Assembly (NCBI GenBank): GCA_050273025.1
Contig: CP158636.1
Span: forward strand, 558,001-622,000
Length of the DNA: 64,000 nucleotides
Direction: 5' to 3'
DNA from: Cenococcum geophilum
Lineage: Eukaryota
The position numbers and the translations under genes are program-made. How positions within the stretch are numbered: the first letter of the stretch is position 1; the number at the start of each line of letters is the position of its first letter. Below the pieces are notes generated by a model. It was not told the origin of the DNA. It saw nothing but the letters and a program-made list of their open reading frames with translations, and made no database searches. Positions 24,639-36,152 of this stretch are shown in pieces.

Positions 24639-27600
24639 TAGTGTGGAAGGGTAAAGCCCGATACTAAAAGATAATACTTAATTAAGCATTATAAGGGGAA
24701 TAGGACTAGATAAGTCACGCTAGAAAGGTAGAAGAATAACTAGAGGGTAAGTTAGATTTTTTTTAAGATAAGGTTTAAGCCTAGGTTGCTTCTATAATAT
24801 ATATAACCCTAAGCCCCCTATATATAATAAGAAATAAACCAAAATAACTAAGGAGTATTCCACACTACTATATTACTACCCCTACCTAAAATATTATCCC
24901 CTAACGTTTCTTTACAGACCCTATTTAGTAGGTAAAAAACGCTTAAGGATAGAAAAAAACAACCTAACACCTAGTATACCTTTAACTCCTCCAAAGCTAC
25001 CTACACCCCTTCCCCATTTATCGCCTCTGTTCTATATTATCTACGCCTTCCGCCTTAAGCTCTGCATTTATATCATCCTGTGTATTAACAACACTAACCT
25101 AGAGTTTTAAAGACACCTTTTTACGGACAGCATTTATTTCCACTTATATTATCTTCCACGTAGGAGGTTAGAGAACACTAGAATTAATTATCTATTCTTC
25201 TAAAGCAGTACCCTTTTTTAAAATTGGTGAAGGTGTTAGGCGGTATAATATTACTAGCTTATTAATATTCTCTAAAGCATTAACAAATGCCGGCGAATGT
25301 TTAGAAGTAGCATTTTAAAAGCTATCTTCTTTAAGCTTACTTATATCCTTTAGCTCCTGGTCAATTTCTATAGGCGCTACCTTATTATTAAATATATTAG
25401 GACTAAGGTTTAGCGCAGTAGTCCTAGCGCCCTAAGGCGTAACAGCCCTAGCCTCGCCTTTAGAATAGCCTTTAGAACCATGATTGGTTAGCGGGGGAGC
25501 GCTAAAAGTTATACCAGCTAGGTCATGTTTATATTCTAGATCCGAAACCAAGTCTTTAGGATATTCTAGGTCATCTACAGGACACTTACGCCCTTATTCT
25601 TTTACTAAAAAGTAAGACTTTACCCTAAATACCTCCCGCTTAAATTCCTCTAGCTCTCTAAAGCTCTTATAAACAGCCTCAGCAATATGCGTCCTATGTC
25701 TTTCCTAAAATACTTTATATTCATTATTCAATAAAGAATCTAGGATTAACTATTGCTCTCTTCTTACTTAAGGGTCGTCCTATAAAAGTCTCCTAACTAA
25801 AGTATTTAAAACAGCGCTCTTTGCCTGCAGCTGTATATAGGCCAAAAACTTATATAGAGGAGTATTAGAAATAGGTTTGCTAGTAGGAGTTAAAACTAGG
25901 GGAAAAGCGTCTAAATTTATCTATATAACAGCCTACTGGCTCTTAAGCCTAGGAATCTCCAATCTCTTAGTATTTAGTAGGATTGCGATTAAGTTTAGTA
26001 TAACAATTAAGCAACTTAATATTGCTTAAGAGGCTCCTTATACAACAGTAGCTTTCGTAAACCGCACTTTACTAGTCCTTAACGCAATGGGCATTTAGTT
26101 AAGCTTAAACTTCTTAGCATTAGCTTTAGTCTAGGCAGTTTCTATATTCTTAATATGCCCTCTATTATTAAGTTCCCTACGTTCTTAAAGTAAGCCTACC
26201 TATTCTGGTATATACTAATACATGCCAGGTAGGAACTCTGCGCAAAACTGACTCCCCTTATTAATTAAGGAGACACAAGAACAAAGCCAGCTTTCTCTAG
26301 AATTTGGCCCTTCTTTATATACTCGCAGAAGGTTAATTTCTAAGTTCCGCTTTTTAGGGAGATGGCCACTAAGGAACTAAAGCGTATAGCTTGGATATGC
26401 AATGAAACAAGTAGCGCCATTGGCGCGTAAAGCCACTATATGCCAGTAGTGCTCTAGATCTATCTAAACTACCTACTATAGCAGAGAATGGTATATAGTC
26501 TAAAGGATACCGCTATTTCCCTCTTTAGTGGTCTTACGTAAATAATACGCATATATATTAAACTCCTCTTTAAAAATATCTAGAATCCTAGCATCTTTTT
26601 ATTATTTAAATAAATCGGCCTAGTGGATTCTAAGCAAGTCCTATTCTATTTCCCCTTTTGAGCCTAATATAAGTTTCCTTAACCCTATATAATCTACTTA
26701 ATAATCACTAGGTTGTATAGTAGAATAAGCATAAATCCTAAGACTATTATTCGCATGCTTGGGACGACTATCCCTTTTAAACCAAAAATAAGAGCTTTTG
26801 GCTATTTAGAGAATATTAATAGCATTATAGTTCTTAGAGACTAAGTAAATTCGCAAATATAAATTTATAAAGGAAGCACTGGCATCTAGTCCTAGCAATC
26901 CTACCATTTTCTAAAGATATATCCGGTATAGCGCGCGGACTTCTGTCCTATTTTCTTGCCAGGCTATAATAAACTATTATAAAACGGAAGAGACACCGCC
27001 TTCTAGTTCTTTCTTTAAATTAAGAGCCTTTATTAATTTAACTGGCGTTTTAGAATAGCATAAGCATTTTATTTTTCGTTTCGGCCGTAGTTTCCTAATA
27101 ATTACCTCTCTATTAGCTTTAGCAATTATAGCTACTTTTCCCTTTTATCTATTAGCTTCACTAGAAGCTAAAGGTTCCGTAAGTCCTATTTTTAGCTTCT
27201 TTTTAGGAGATTTCTTGGAAGCTTTTCTAGCCTTATGTTTCTGTAAGGAGCTAGTAATAAAGACATCCTCCAAAGATATAGATTTATCAGATTTAGAGTC
27301 CTCTCTATTAGCTTTAGGAACCTTATCTCTAAATAGAAATATACTATATAGCATCTTTGCGTTTAAGCCTTTAACCTCTTTAAAAGGTACCAATAGAGGT
27401 CCTAGAGTAACTAGCTCTAGTATAGATCCCTCTCCTTTAGCTTTAACGGTTAAGGCTAGTACTAAAAGCTTATAGCCCTAGCTTAGATAATAAGCGAGCC
27501 TTTATTTCTTAACTAGCTCCTTATTAACTTCTAGTCCAAATTTATAAGTATTAAGGAAATCCGAAGGTGTTAGGTATAGAGTCCTTAAGATCCCGGCCTT

Positions 27601-29340
27601 TAAGAGTTCTAGGCGGTTTAGCATTGCATTATTAACCATCTTTAACGCATTCTCTCTGGCGATCTCGCTTTTTTTAGCTTAATTAATAAGGATATAAATA
27701 CTTTTTAGTGCGTAATATATATAGAAGAGCTTATAGGGACCTTCTAAAAGTTCCTCTCCCCACTCCTTCTTAACTATATCCCGCACCGTCTTAATCTTAT
27801 TAATTTTATAAGTAATCTTAGAAAGCTTCCTAATATCTATAAAGGCATTTTCCCACTCTTTACTTTCTAAGTTTCCTTTAAGCTCTCTATCCTTTTTAAT
27901 CTTAATTATAGCATTTCTCGCAGCCTTAACTATATTATGCTTCTGGTTTAAAATAACCTGCGTTAAACTATAATAGATATTTACGCGCTAATTAACCGGG
28001 TGGCTTTAGGCAGCTTTAAGAATAACCTCTATTATTTACGCCTTTCCTTGGTATGCGAGGGCCATTAACCAGATAGTGGGAGGCGGAGGCGTGGGAGGTA
28101 GAGGCGGCGGCCTTCTTTTTAAGCGGAGTTCTATAGTTCTAGGCATTTTTACAGTAAAATTCCGCGTGCGCAATAGGTAATTTAAAAGAAGGGTAATAAT
28201 AGTACTTCTTAATATAAAGAAAGGCAAATGGGCGCGTATAATTAAATAAGATAGGGTAATAGGATAATAGGATAATAGGATAATAGGAAGTTAAAATAAA
28301 GATCTTATGGTATTTACCAAAAAGGTAAATTAAAAGGGTCGTTATATAAAATCTTAAGATATTAAGGAACTTTAACCGCCGGTTAAAGTTGTCTAATTAG
28401 TTAGATTTTCGTTGCTAAGACATTTACATAACAATAACTTTAATATTAACTATTTTTTAAAAGAATAAACGAGACTTAGATAATGCCTATTTTTAACCTC
28501 TAGTATGCTTAACTAAGACTTCTTAAAGTAAAGTAGCTCTTCTCTTAACTTAAAAGGAAACGAAAATGTTAATTTAAAAATTATAGAATATAAAAATGTA
28601 AAATACTTATAAGAGATAGTTATTGGTAATAAAGGTGAAAGAAAAAAGACTATGCGTGCAATTATTCCTTATAAAAGTAGTTGCCAAGATAGAGGATTTA
28701 AAACTAGCTTTAAAGAGCTAAACTCTTTTCCTAATTCCTCGTGCTAGTGGGATAAGGTGGGAGTATAGTAGAAGACTCTAATCCTTGCAGTTGCTTTGCG
28801 TATTTATTATAAAGGTAGAGAGAAGAAAGCGAACGAGTTGCTGCTTATAGTGATAGGTGTCCTAAGTAACAGCCTGTTTATAGAAGAATCTTTATAAAAG
28901 ACTGCCTTTTTAGTAGGGTTATGTAATCCTTAAGACGTGGTGAGATTGTAGTGCAGTTAGAAGGAAGAGACGCTGCTACAGCCTCCTCTTTAGGTGCTTC
29001 TTCTTCTGCAAAGACTTCTTCTATATTATAGTTGCTTTTATTTATATAGTCTTCTAGTCTAATCCCCTTGGGATCTTATATACAAAACCGTTTCGACCAA
29101 TTCCTATATAGGGTACCTCCTACTTTAGTGCTATTAAGGTCCTTAATTTTATAGAACCCTTTTTTTAATAACCTTTTAATCCGGAGGGGGCCCTACCATT
29201 TTAGCTATAGCTTTTGCCATTATAACATATCCTTTACCTTCTTCACATCCTATACTGGCATAAGCTCTCTAGGCTTAAGCTCACTTTTATAGGTATTCTT
29301 TATCTTATTAAAGTATTCTTTATTGGCTAGACGATAGCCG
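24639..29340 (-). mobile_element. Gypsy-type LTR retrotransposon 3' portion, unit 2 (diverged tandem paralogue of unit 1, 5'-truncated)
   Basis: LTR ~24639-24870 and PPT; collinear with 18782-23790; ends abruptly in the integrase C-terminus at ~29340. Confidence 0.8.
24960..28146 (-). pseudogene. Second copy of the accessory dioxygenase-like ORF
   Basis: ATG at 28146 (MPRTIELRLKRRPPPLP), collinear with 19110-22300. Confidence 0.55.
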
Positions 29341-29344
29341 CGCA

Positions 29345-32257
29345 CAGAATACTAGAACTAGATAGGAAGTCTACGAGATTAGGTATTAAGTGCAGCTCTA
29401 TTAAGTAAGGTATTAATTAGTATTGTCTTAGGCTTATCTGCGTTAATATCGTCAAGACCTTTTACTATAGGAATACGCCCTTATAGCTTTGCATTAAAGC
29501 CATTAATAAGCGAGTCGTAGTAAGCTAGTTACTTTAGGATTCTTTACTTTCTAGCTCTAGAAGGTTCTGATTGTAATGAGGTTAATTTAGAAGGTAGCTT
29601 TGTAGGCTATCCTTCCTTTAAACCCCTAGAGAGCCTCTAGGTTCTAATATTAACAATATCCTTATAGCTAAGGTAACTCTTTCGTCCGCTAGGCCGCCTT
29701 ATAATAGTAGTTAATAGCTTAAACGTAAGATAATATATATTAGTAGCTGCGTTAGCTGGCGTGTGATATATACTATTAAACTAGCTAAACGCGTCCTTTA
29801 TAGCATACCGTAGCTCTAGGCAGTAACTAGCGGTAAGTAATACTTAAGTAAATAACTCTGTTATATCTAAACTAGTTCGCCGTCGGCCTTAAAGAAGAAG
29901 CTTAAAAACAAGGTTATAATGTTTATTAAGTTGATTTATCTTAAACCAACTATCTTACTGGCCTCTACAATTAACCAATATACTAGCAAGTAATAATCTT
30001 TGGAGGACTTAATCCGCGGCTTTAGTTATAAGCAATCTAGTAAGGTATAAAGCCAACTATATATATTAACTCTTTGCACTACCAGCAAAAAGAAAACAGT
30101 AGTAAATAATTACCTGTTTAATAAGCCTAATATTAGCATGCTTAATAGTAAACTTTAATATAAGGTAGACCTCTATATCTTATATAAATCGAATATGGTT
30201 TTAGAACACCTCATTAACTAGTTTATTACCGCAGGACCGTTAGCTAGGCGAGAAGAACTCCTCTTAAATACGCTATAAGGTAGTAAGGAATCTTACTCTT
30301 ATTACTGCCGTTTTATTACCTCTTTTAATATCTTGTCCGGTAATCCAATCATTAACCCCCTTATTACCCTAGTCCTTAATATTTTAAGGAAGAAGACTAA
30401 GAAAGTAGGCAGTAATTTAGGCGTTAAAGAACTTAATTATAACCTCCTCTTTATGATAGAACGGCGTCCTATAACCCTAATACGCGCTAAGGTAGACCTT
30501 ACTATAATCCAACAATTCAAAGTAGTTGGATGGTCCGCCGTAAATGTCGTGTATTATATCCATATAGTTAGTTTACTAATAGAATAATTCAGCCACAGGA
30601 AGAAACCATTTTAGCTATTCATAGTAACGCTCTTTAAGATAGCGCTCTTACTGTATAGATTAGAGGAGGCCTATAGTCTTCTAATCGCCATTAATTAAGA
30701 CTAATTCACTATTATTAAAGGATCCTTCCTTATACCCCAGCTGGCCCTCTTAAAACCCGCATTCGCCGTTATTACCACTAAATATATTCCTAAGAACACT
30801 ATACATGCCCTCTAGAGTGCCCTTATTCTCTAGAATTAGACCTAATACAAAGTAGCATAGCTTTTGTAAAAGGAGACAATCTATAATAGGCATACTGGGC
30901 CAGAAGTCTGCGATAATATTAAGCTCTTTAACTTTTAGTATTGTATACGCAATAGCCTCAGCAATCTAATATAACTAGCACTGTTTCGTATAGCTGTCTG
31001 CCTAGTTACCAGGATAATTAAAGATCACGCTATAAGTAAGCTGTTCCGTAGGTTTAAGCATAAAAGTGTAAAGACTATTATACGGAAACTTAGGGTTAAG
31101 TATAAGCTTAGAAGTAGTAGCGGAGAGGTGCTTATTAGTGTTTAGTATAGTCTTATATTAAACCCTTTTATTCCAGTTAAAGTTATCATATATAACCGTT
31201 AGCTAGTTCCGGTTCTTTAAAGCAGTTACCTTAATTATACGCTACAAGAAAGTTACTATTTATTACACTAGCAGTAACTAAAAAGCCTTAAGTGCGCGAT
31301 CTATAGCTAAAATACCTTAACTATACCCTCCACTCGCAGTAACGGAGGCGTCTTATCTAAACCCTTAAGTGTGGAAGCATATACCCTGCCAACTTCCTCC
31401 AGTTCCTTTCGTATTTTGGCAAGACCGGTATACAATATTATAACTCCTAACTTATAAAGAAGCGCAATACACCTTCTTTTAACACCTATATTGTGTAAAT
31501 AAACCCCCAAAGCAGCATGGAACTGGTAGCTAGCTTAAGGGGCTCGTATGTTTGCTAGAATTGCGCACACCATAAAGAGCTTATTATAGTAAGGCGTGAT
31601 ATTACAAGAATTGGCATATAGCCTTTACTAAACTAAAGCTATAAGGAAGCTCCATAGCGTTAGAGCAAGGCACTATACGTCAGCAGTAATTATATTAAGC
31701 TTAAGCTTTTTAACTGGTTCTTTAGCGTTAAATCGTCCAAGCCTACCAGGAATAATAACTCCATTCTCTTCTCTTAGGCGCATAAGATCCTCTAACTCTT
31801 ACTCTATCTGCTTACATAGAGGTTCTTAATAGAGCCTTCCTAGCTAGCGATCACCATACACCATAAGCCGTTCCTTAACTTCTGGCTCTTTAAATATTGC
31901 CTTCTATAGCCTATTTGCACGTCGCTCTAGCGTATCGTAATTAAAAGGGCCGGAAGCGGTTATATAATGCTTAATAAAAGTTATAATGCCCTAGCAGTGC
32001 TCATACAGCTGTTCCAATATTAAGTTAACTCTTTCGCGTTCTAAATAAAAGACTCATAGTCCTTAATTTTTATTTAAAGCTGGCTTATCGGTTTAGGTAC
32101 TCTAGCTACAGTAGAAAGAGGGCGGCGGTGGTTATGGGAGAGGTACAGCTACTATAACTCGGGGGCGTCGGGCGTAATAACAAGATAACGAATTGGAATC
32201 GGGCAAATCGGGCAACGTAGTCTTCTTCGCCAGGTTTAATTTGGTAATTCTGGCCAT
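29345..32257 (-). pseudogene. DUF6589-type (AcademH-like) transposase, RIP-inactivated; probable intron near 31240-31385; C-terminus cut by the junction with the Gypsy fragment
   Basis: ATG at 32257. Motifs LGVYLHNIGVKRRCIALLYKLG, VIYDNFNW..SATTSK, ENKGTLEG, LVLINGD*KT, WFLPVAELFY, LVNCRG..DSWFKINQLNKHYN. Confidence 0.8.
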
Positions 32258-32951
32258 TAGAAATAGCTTAGGGAGCTATAAAAGTTAAGATAATTTGGCT
32301 TAAAGTAGGTGTATATAGGCCTAAATACCCCGCGCGGGACTAACAAAAATCCGAACCGTGTACCAGACCTTCTAACGAAGGTCTTGCCAAAAGCGGCTAG
32401 CGGCTTGGCAAGGTAAGCCTTGGCAAGAAGGTCTAGGAACGAGACAATTGATTTTATAGTCTGAGCTTGCTGAGGTAAGCGTAGCGTAGGTTACCTAACT
32501 GTTATCTTAGTCCCAGACGATCATCCAATCACAAGCTGCTTACATAAATATTAATCAGCTTACAATGATGATCGTCTAGTACACGGTTCGGAAATTTATT
32601 AGTCCCGCGCGCTAATTTGTATGTGATCCTCATACAAACTCGCGCGCCATACTAATTTTTTAGCCATCAATCAACAACAAACTAACGCCTTTATAAATAA
32701 TCGGCCAACGTTATGTTCTAGAGCTTTATAGGGCGATTCTAACGCTACCAAAATTATTGCGAACGGCCTGGTGGTTACCGCTATATTTCGCCTAAAATAT
32801 TACCACCAAAACAGTAAACATTCAGCTAGAGCCACTAATTCTTAACATTTAACCTCCTATATTAATGTTTATAGTAGATAAACACTTAAATAGCTAATGT
32901 ATTGTATCTAGACTAACTCTGGGCCTTATTACCTGCTTTATTGCTCCTCCG

Positions 32952-33830
32952 CTGCCTGCACGAACGCCTGCACAAAAGCCTGCACGAACGCCTGCACGAA
33001 CGCCTGCACGAATGCCTATACAAAGCTCTATATAAAGCTCTGCACGAGGCTCTGCTTGAAGCTCTGGTCGAAGGTCTGGTCGAAGGTCTGGTCGAAGGTC
33101 TGATCGAAGGTCTGGTCGAGGGTCTGGTTGAGGGTCTGGTCGAGGGTCTGGTCGAGGGTCTGGTCGAAGCTCTGCTCGGGGGTCTGCTTAAAGCTCTGGT
33201 CGAAGCTCTGGTTGAAGCTCTGGTCGAGGCTCTGGTCGAGGCTCTGGTCGAAGCTCTGGTCGAGGCTCTGCTCAAGCTCTGCTCGAGGGTCTGCTTGAAG
33301 CTCTGGTCGAAGCTCTGGTTGAGGCTCTGGTCGAAGCTCTGGTCGAGGGTCTGGTCGAAGCTCTGGTCGAAGCTGGTCGAAGCTCTAGTCGAAGCTCTGC
33401 TCGAGGGTCTGCTCGAAGCTCTGCTCGAGGGTCTGCTTGAAGCTCTGGTCGAGGCTCTAGTCGAAGCTCTGGTCGAGGCTCTGGTCGAAGCTCTGGTCGA
33501 AGCTCTGGTCGAGGTCTGGTCGAAGCTCTGGTCGAAGCTCTTGTCGAGGCTCTGGTCGAAGCTCTGGTCGAGGCTCTGGTCGAAGCTCTGGTCGAAGCTC
33601 TGGTCGAGGTCTGGTCGAAGCTCTGGTCGAAGCTCTTGTCGAGGCTCTGGTCGAAGCTCTCCTCGAAGCTCTGGTCGAAGCTCTCCTCGAAGCTCTGCTC
33701 AAAGCTCTCCTTAAAGCTCTGCTCGAAGCTGCTCGAAGATCTGCTCAAAGCTGCTCAAAGCTCTGCTCAAAGCTCTGCTCAAAGCTCTGCTTAAAGCTCT
33801 GCTCGAGGCTCTGCTCGAGGCTCTGCTCGG
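32952..33830 (+). repeat. 12-bp minisatellite (CGAAGCTCTGGT / CGAGGGTCTGGT / CTGCACGAACGC variants)
   Basis: Directly visible tandem array. Confidence 0.97.
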
Positions 33831-34356
33831 AACCCTATATAGGGCTCTAAAGCTCTACTAACACGCAGTACTAATATACCATTATTATTAATTCTATTTA
33901 TTGCCTAATTTGGTCCCTTTTTAGGTCTATATAGGAAAAAGCCCCATAAGGGGAAACCCCTAAGTATTTCCTTTTAGCTAGTCCTATTCGTTCCGCCTTC
34001 GCCTAGCTAGTATATCTTTATATCTTCTAGTCTACCTTATATACTATACTTCCTAGGTATATTAGAAAATCTAAAAGGAGTAGTAAAAGGGTCTAGAAAT
34101 TCGCTAGTAAGCCGCCTATAGCTAGGCGGGGGTATTTAGTCCTTAAGGGGCTAGAATAGGGCGTATTATTTAGTATCCTCCTATTAGATCTTATATGCTA
34201 TTTAGAACTACTAAAGAATTCCTTAGCCTATAAGGTATTTTGCTACTATTTATAAGCCCCTACTTATAAAGAGTATCTAAATAATATTATTTATGCCTAC
34301 ATTAGCGAGTAGCTAATCCCTTATTAAGCGGTAGCTATAGAATAGTAGTATATAAT

Positions 34357-34799
34357 TGTAACGTGGCCCGCCTCCACGTCGCCATACGGCCAAAAAGACT
34401 GAGAGTGCTTGCGAACTTGTCGTAAGCGCGGCGGGACCTAATATATATACTCTTACAATTGCCCTCTCCTCTACGCGCTCGTCCTTAAGCGCTCGTAGGG
34501 ATTCCTCTATGCGCCCGTTCGCGTTATAGGGATTAAACGCCAAGAGTATTACTATATTAGTTAGTCCCTAGTAACGTAAGCAATCGGAATTTCCACTAAC
34601 GCCTTATTACACGGATGCGCGTTAGACTATACTAGAGCGAAGTAACTAATAGGGATCGAACCCATAATACCTAGCCCCAGTAAGTTCGCAAGCATAATTG
34701 TAACGTGGCCCGCCTCCACGTCGCCATATGGCCAAAAAGACTAAGAGTGCTTGCGAACTTGTTGTAAGCGCGGCGGGACCTAATATATATACTCTTATA
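34357..34799 (-). mobile_element. TRIM (miniature non-autonomous LTR retrotransposon), 443 bp
   Basis: 101-bp LTRs (34357-34457, 34699-34799) with TGTAA..TTACA ends; TSD ATAAT (34352-56 / 34800-04); PPT AGAGGAGAGGG on the minus strand; self-complementary PBS. Confidence 0.92.
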
Positions 34800-34844
34800 A
34801 TAATATACTAACTAAATAGGCTACTGGTATATATATTAAGGTAA

Positions 34845-34911
34845 CTAAGAAGTAGTCCGCGTAGGCCTAATAGGGATTTAAATTAGACATTAAGTAATAA
34901 ATTATTATTAT
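34845..34911 (+). mobile_element. Extremely 5'-truncated LINE insertion (3' end of the 2971-8529 family)
   Basis: Matches ~8470-8530; 15-bp TSD TATATATTAAGGTAA (34830-34844 / 34912-34926). Confidence 0.85.
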
Positions 34912-35720
34912 TATATATTAAGGTAAGATATTTAAAATATAGATATTAGCTATATATTTAGACCTAGGACCTTTATCTATAGTAGAAAGACGGCTATAAA
35001 CTTTACCTTTATATAAGAGAAGAGTTAGTATTAACTATAGGGTATTCTATATAGCTACGTCTTATATTTTTACTACCTCCTTTTATTATTACTTCTATTT
35101 AAGATCTACCTATCTTATAATTAGTATAGTAAATCTCTATCTATATTAGTAATCTCCTATCCTCTATTGCCATTATAGTGCTTTACTAGTATAGCGCTAG
35201 GTCTTTACCTAATAAAATAATATTTCCCATATTTCCTTTTCTCTCTATTATAGTATTATTAACCTTATTACTACTATATATAGTAGGCGTATATATTTAA
35301 AAGAGGGTCCTTATATTAAGGTGGTTATTTATAATACTGCTAAAAGTACTACTCCTCCCTTATAAGTAGTCTATATAATATACTTATTCTAGTTTAACCT
35401 AGAGTCTACCTAAACCCCTAGGACCTTAAGGGTAGCTTCTAGTTTTACTTTATAGCCTTAGATATTTACTATTAAGGCTAGGTTACTACTTACCCTTCTT
35501 TTCCTTATAAAGTAGATAAGTTAGTAATTATCTTAGACTATATACCTATACAAATAACGCTTAATGTCGCCATATTAGCGTAATAAACCCGCTAAAGATA
35601 CGTTACTAAGAAATTTAACTTAAAAAAGTATACCTAGGAAGTTACTAATAGACTAGTAGCTATACCTTAGGTATTACTAAAGAATATCTAAAGGATTATA
35701 AGTAACTACTTAAAAGAATA

Positions 35721-35913
35721 TGTTATGGGATGAGGGTAATAGCTATAAAGCGTATATATTTGAGGAGTCTATAAGATGTTACGTGATCGATTATAAGGGT
35801 CGAGGGCGTAAGAAGGTGATATACCTACGCGTAGCTAACGTAAGCTATACGCGAGGTATATATAAGAGCATAGGGCTCTCCTATAGAGGCCCCTATAGTG
35901 GGGTTCCGTAATA
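35721..35913. mobile_element. Solo LTR (193 bp)
   Basis: Ends TGTTATGG / CCGTAATA (de-RIP TGTTACGG..CCGTAACA); TSD GAATA (35716-20 / 35914-18). Confidence 0.8.
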
Positions 35914-36152
35914 GAATACTACCTAAAGGCTTAGCCTTAAAAATACGCCTACTATAAAAAGTTACTAGAAACGGCCTAACTACTTATAGGTATAAAAAGG
36001 GCAAGGTAATAGTATAGCGTAATAAATAAAGCCTACTACTAATAAAGCTATAAGGCCCTAAAGAATAGGCCTAAGAAGATAATATAAAAGGAGAGTAGAA
36101 ATAGCTAGCGCTAATTTCTAGAAGAAATTACCTTAAACCCTACTAAACTATA

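Larger units (their letters stand above)
15338..32447. mobile_element. AcademH-like DNA transposon (family A): RecQ-like helicase plus DUF6589-type transposase
   Basis: Left end TTATCTCGGTCCCAGAC, right end GTCTAGGAACGAGACAA. Inner IR GTCTGGTACACGGTTTGGAAATTTATTAGTCCCTCGCG / CGCGCGGGACTAACAAAAATCCGAACCGTGTACCAGAC. RIP-degenerate TSD (A)TTAATTCT / (A)TTGATTTT (8-10 bp). Two convergent pseudogenes. Confidence 0.85.
12534..32478. mobile_element. Non-autonomous Academ-like element (family B), ~2 kb once nested insertions are removed
   Basis: Perfect 20-bp TIR TTACCTCAGCAAGCTCAGAC (12534-12553 / 32459-32478) and perfect 9-bp TSD GCGTAGCGT (12525-12533 / 32479-32487). The empty site is visible in the other LTR at ~9965. 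Confidence 0.9.
33881..35520 (-). mobile_element. 5'-truncated Tad1-like LINE (second family), with nested TRIM and mini-LINE
   Basis: The tail and 3' end at the left are the reverse complement of 54040-54090; the body matches 54250-55757 inverted. Confidence 0.75.

Noticed and set aside
12534..32478. Starship or Helitron giant element
   Set aside because: I saw no tyrosine-recombinase captain or Rep/PIF1 helicase motifs. The ends are TIRs with a 9-bp TSD, and the size comes from nested insertions.
32913..33748. ORFs of 257, 158, 120 and 81 aa (EALV/STRA repeats)
   Set aside because: Same minisatellite artefact.
34357..34799. Hammerhead ribozyme (retrozyme) in the TRIM
   Set aside because: CTGAGAG followed by a stem is suggestive, but I could not place the CUGANGA and GAAA core by eye; it needs a covariance-model scan.
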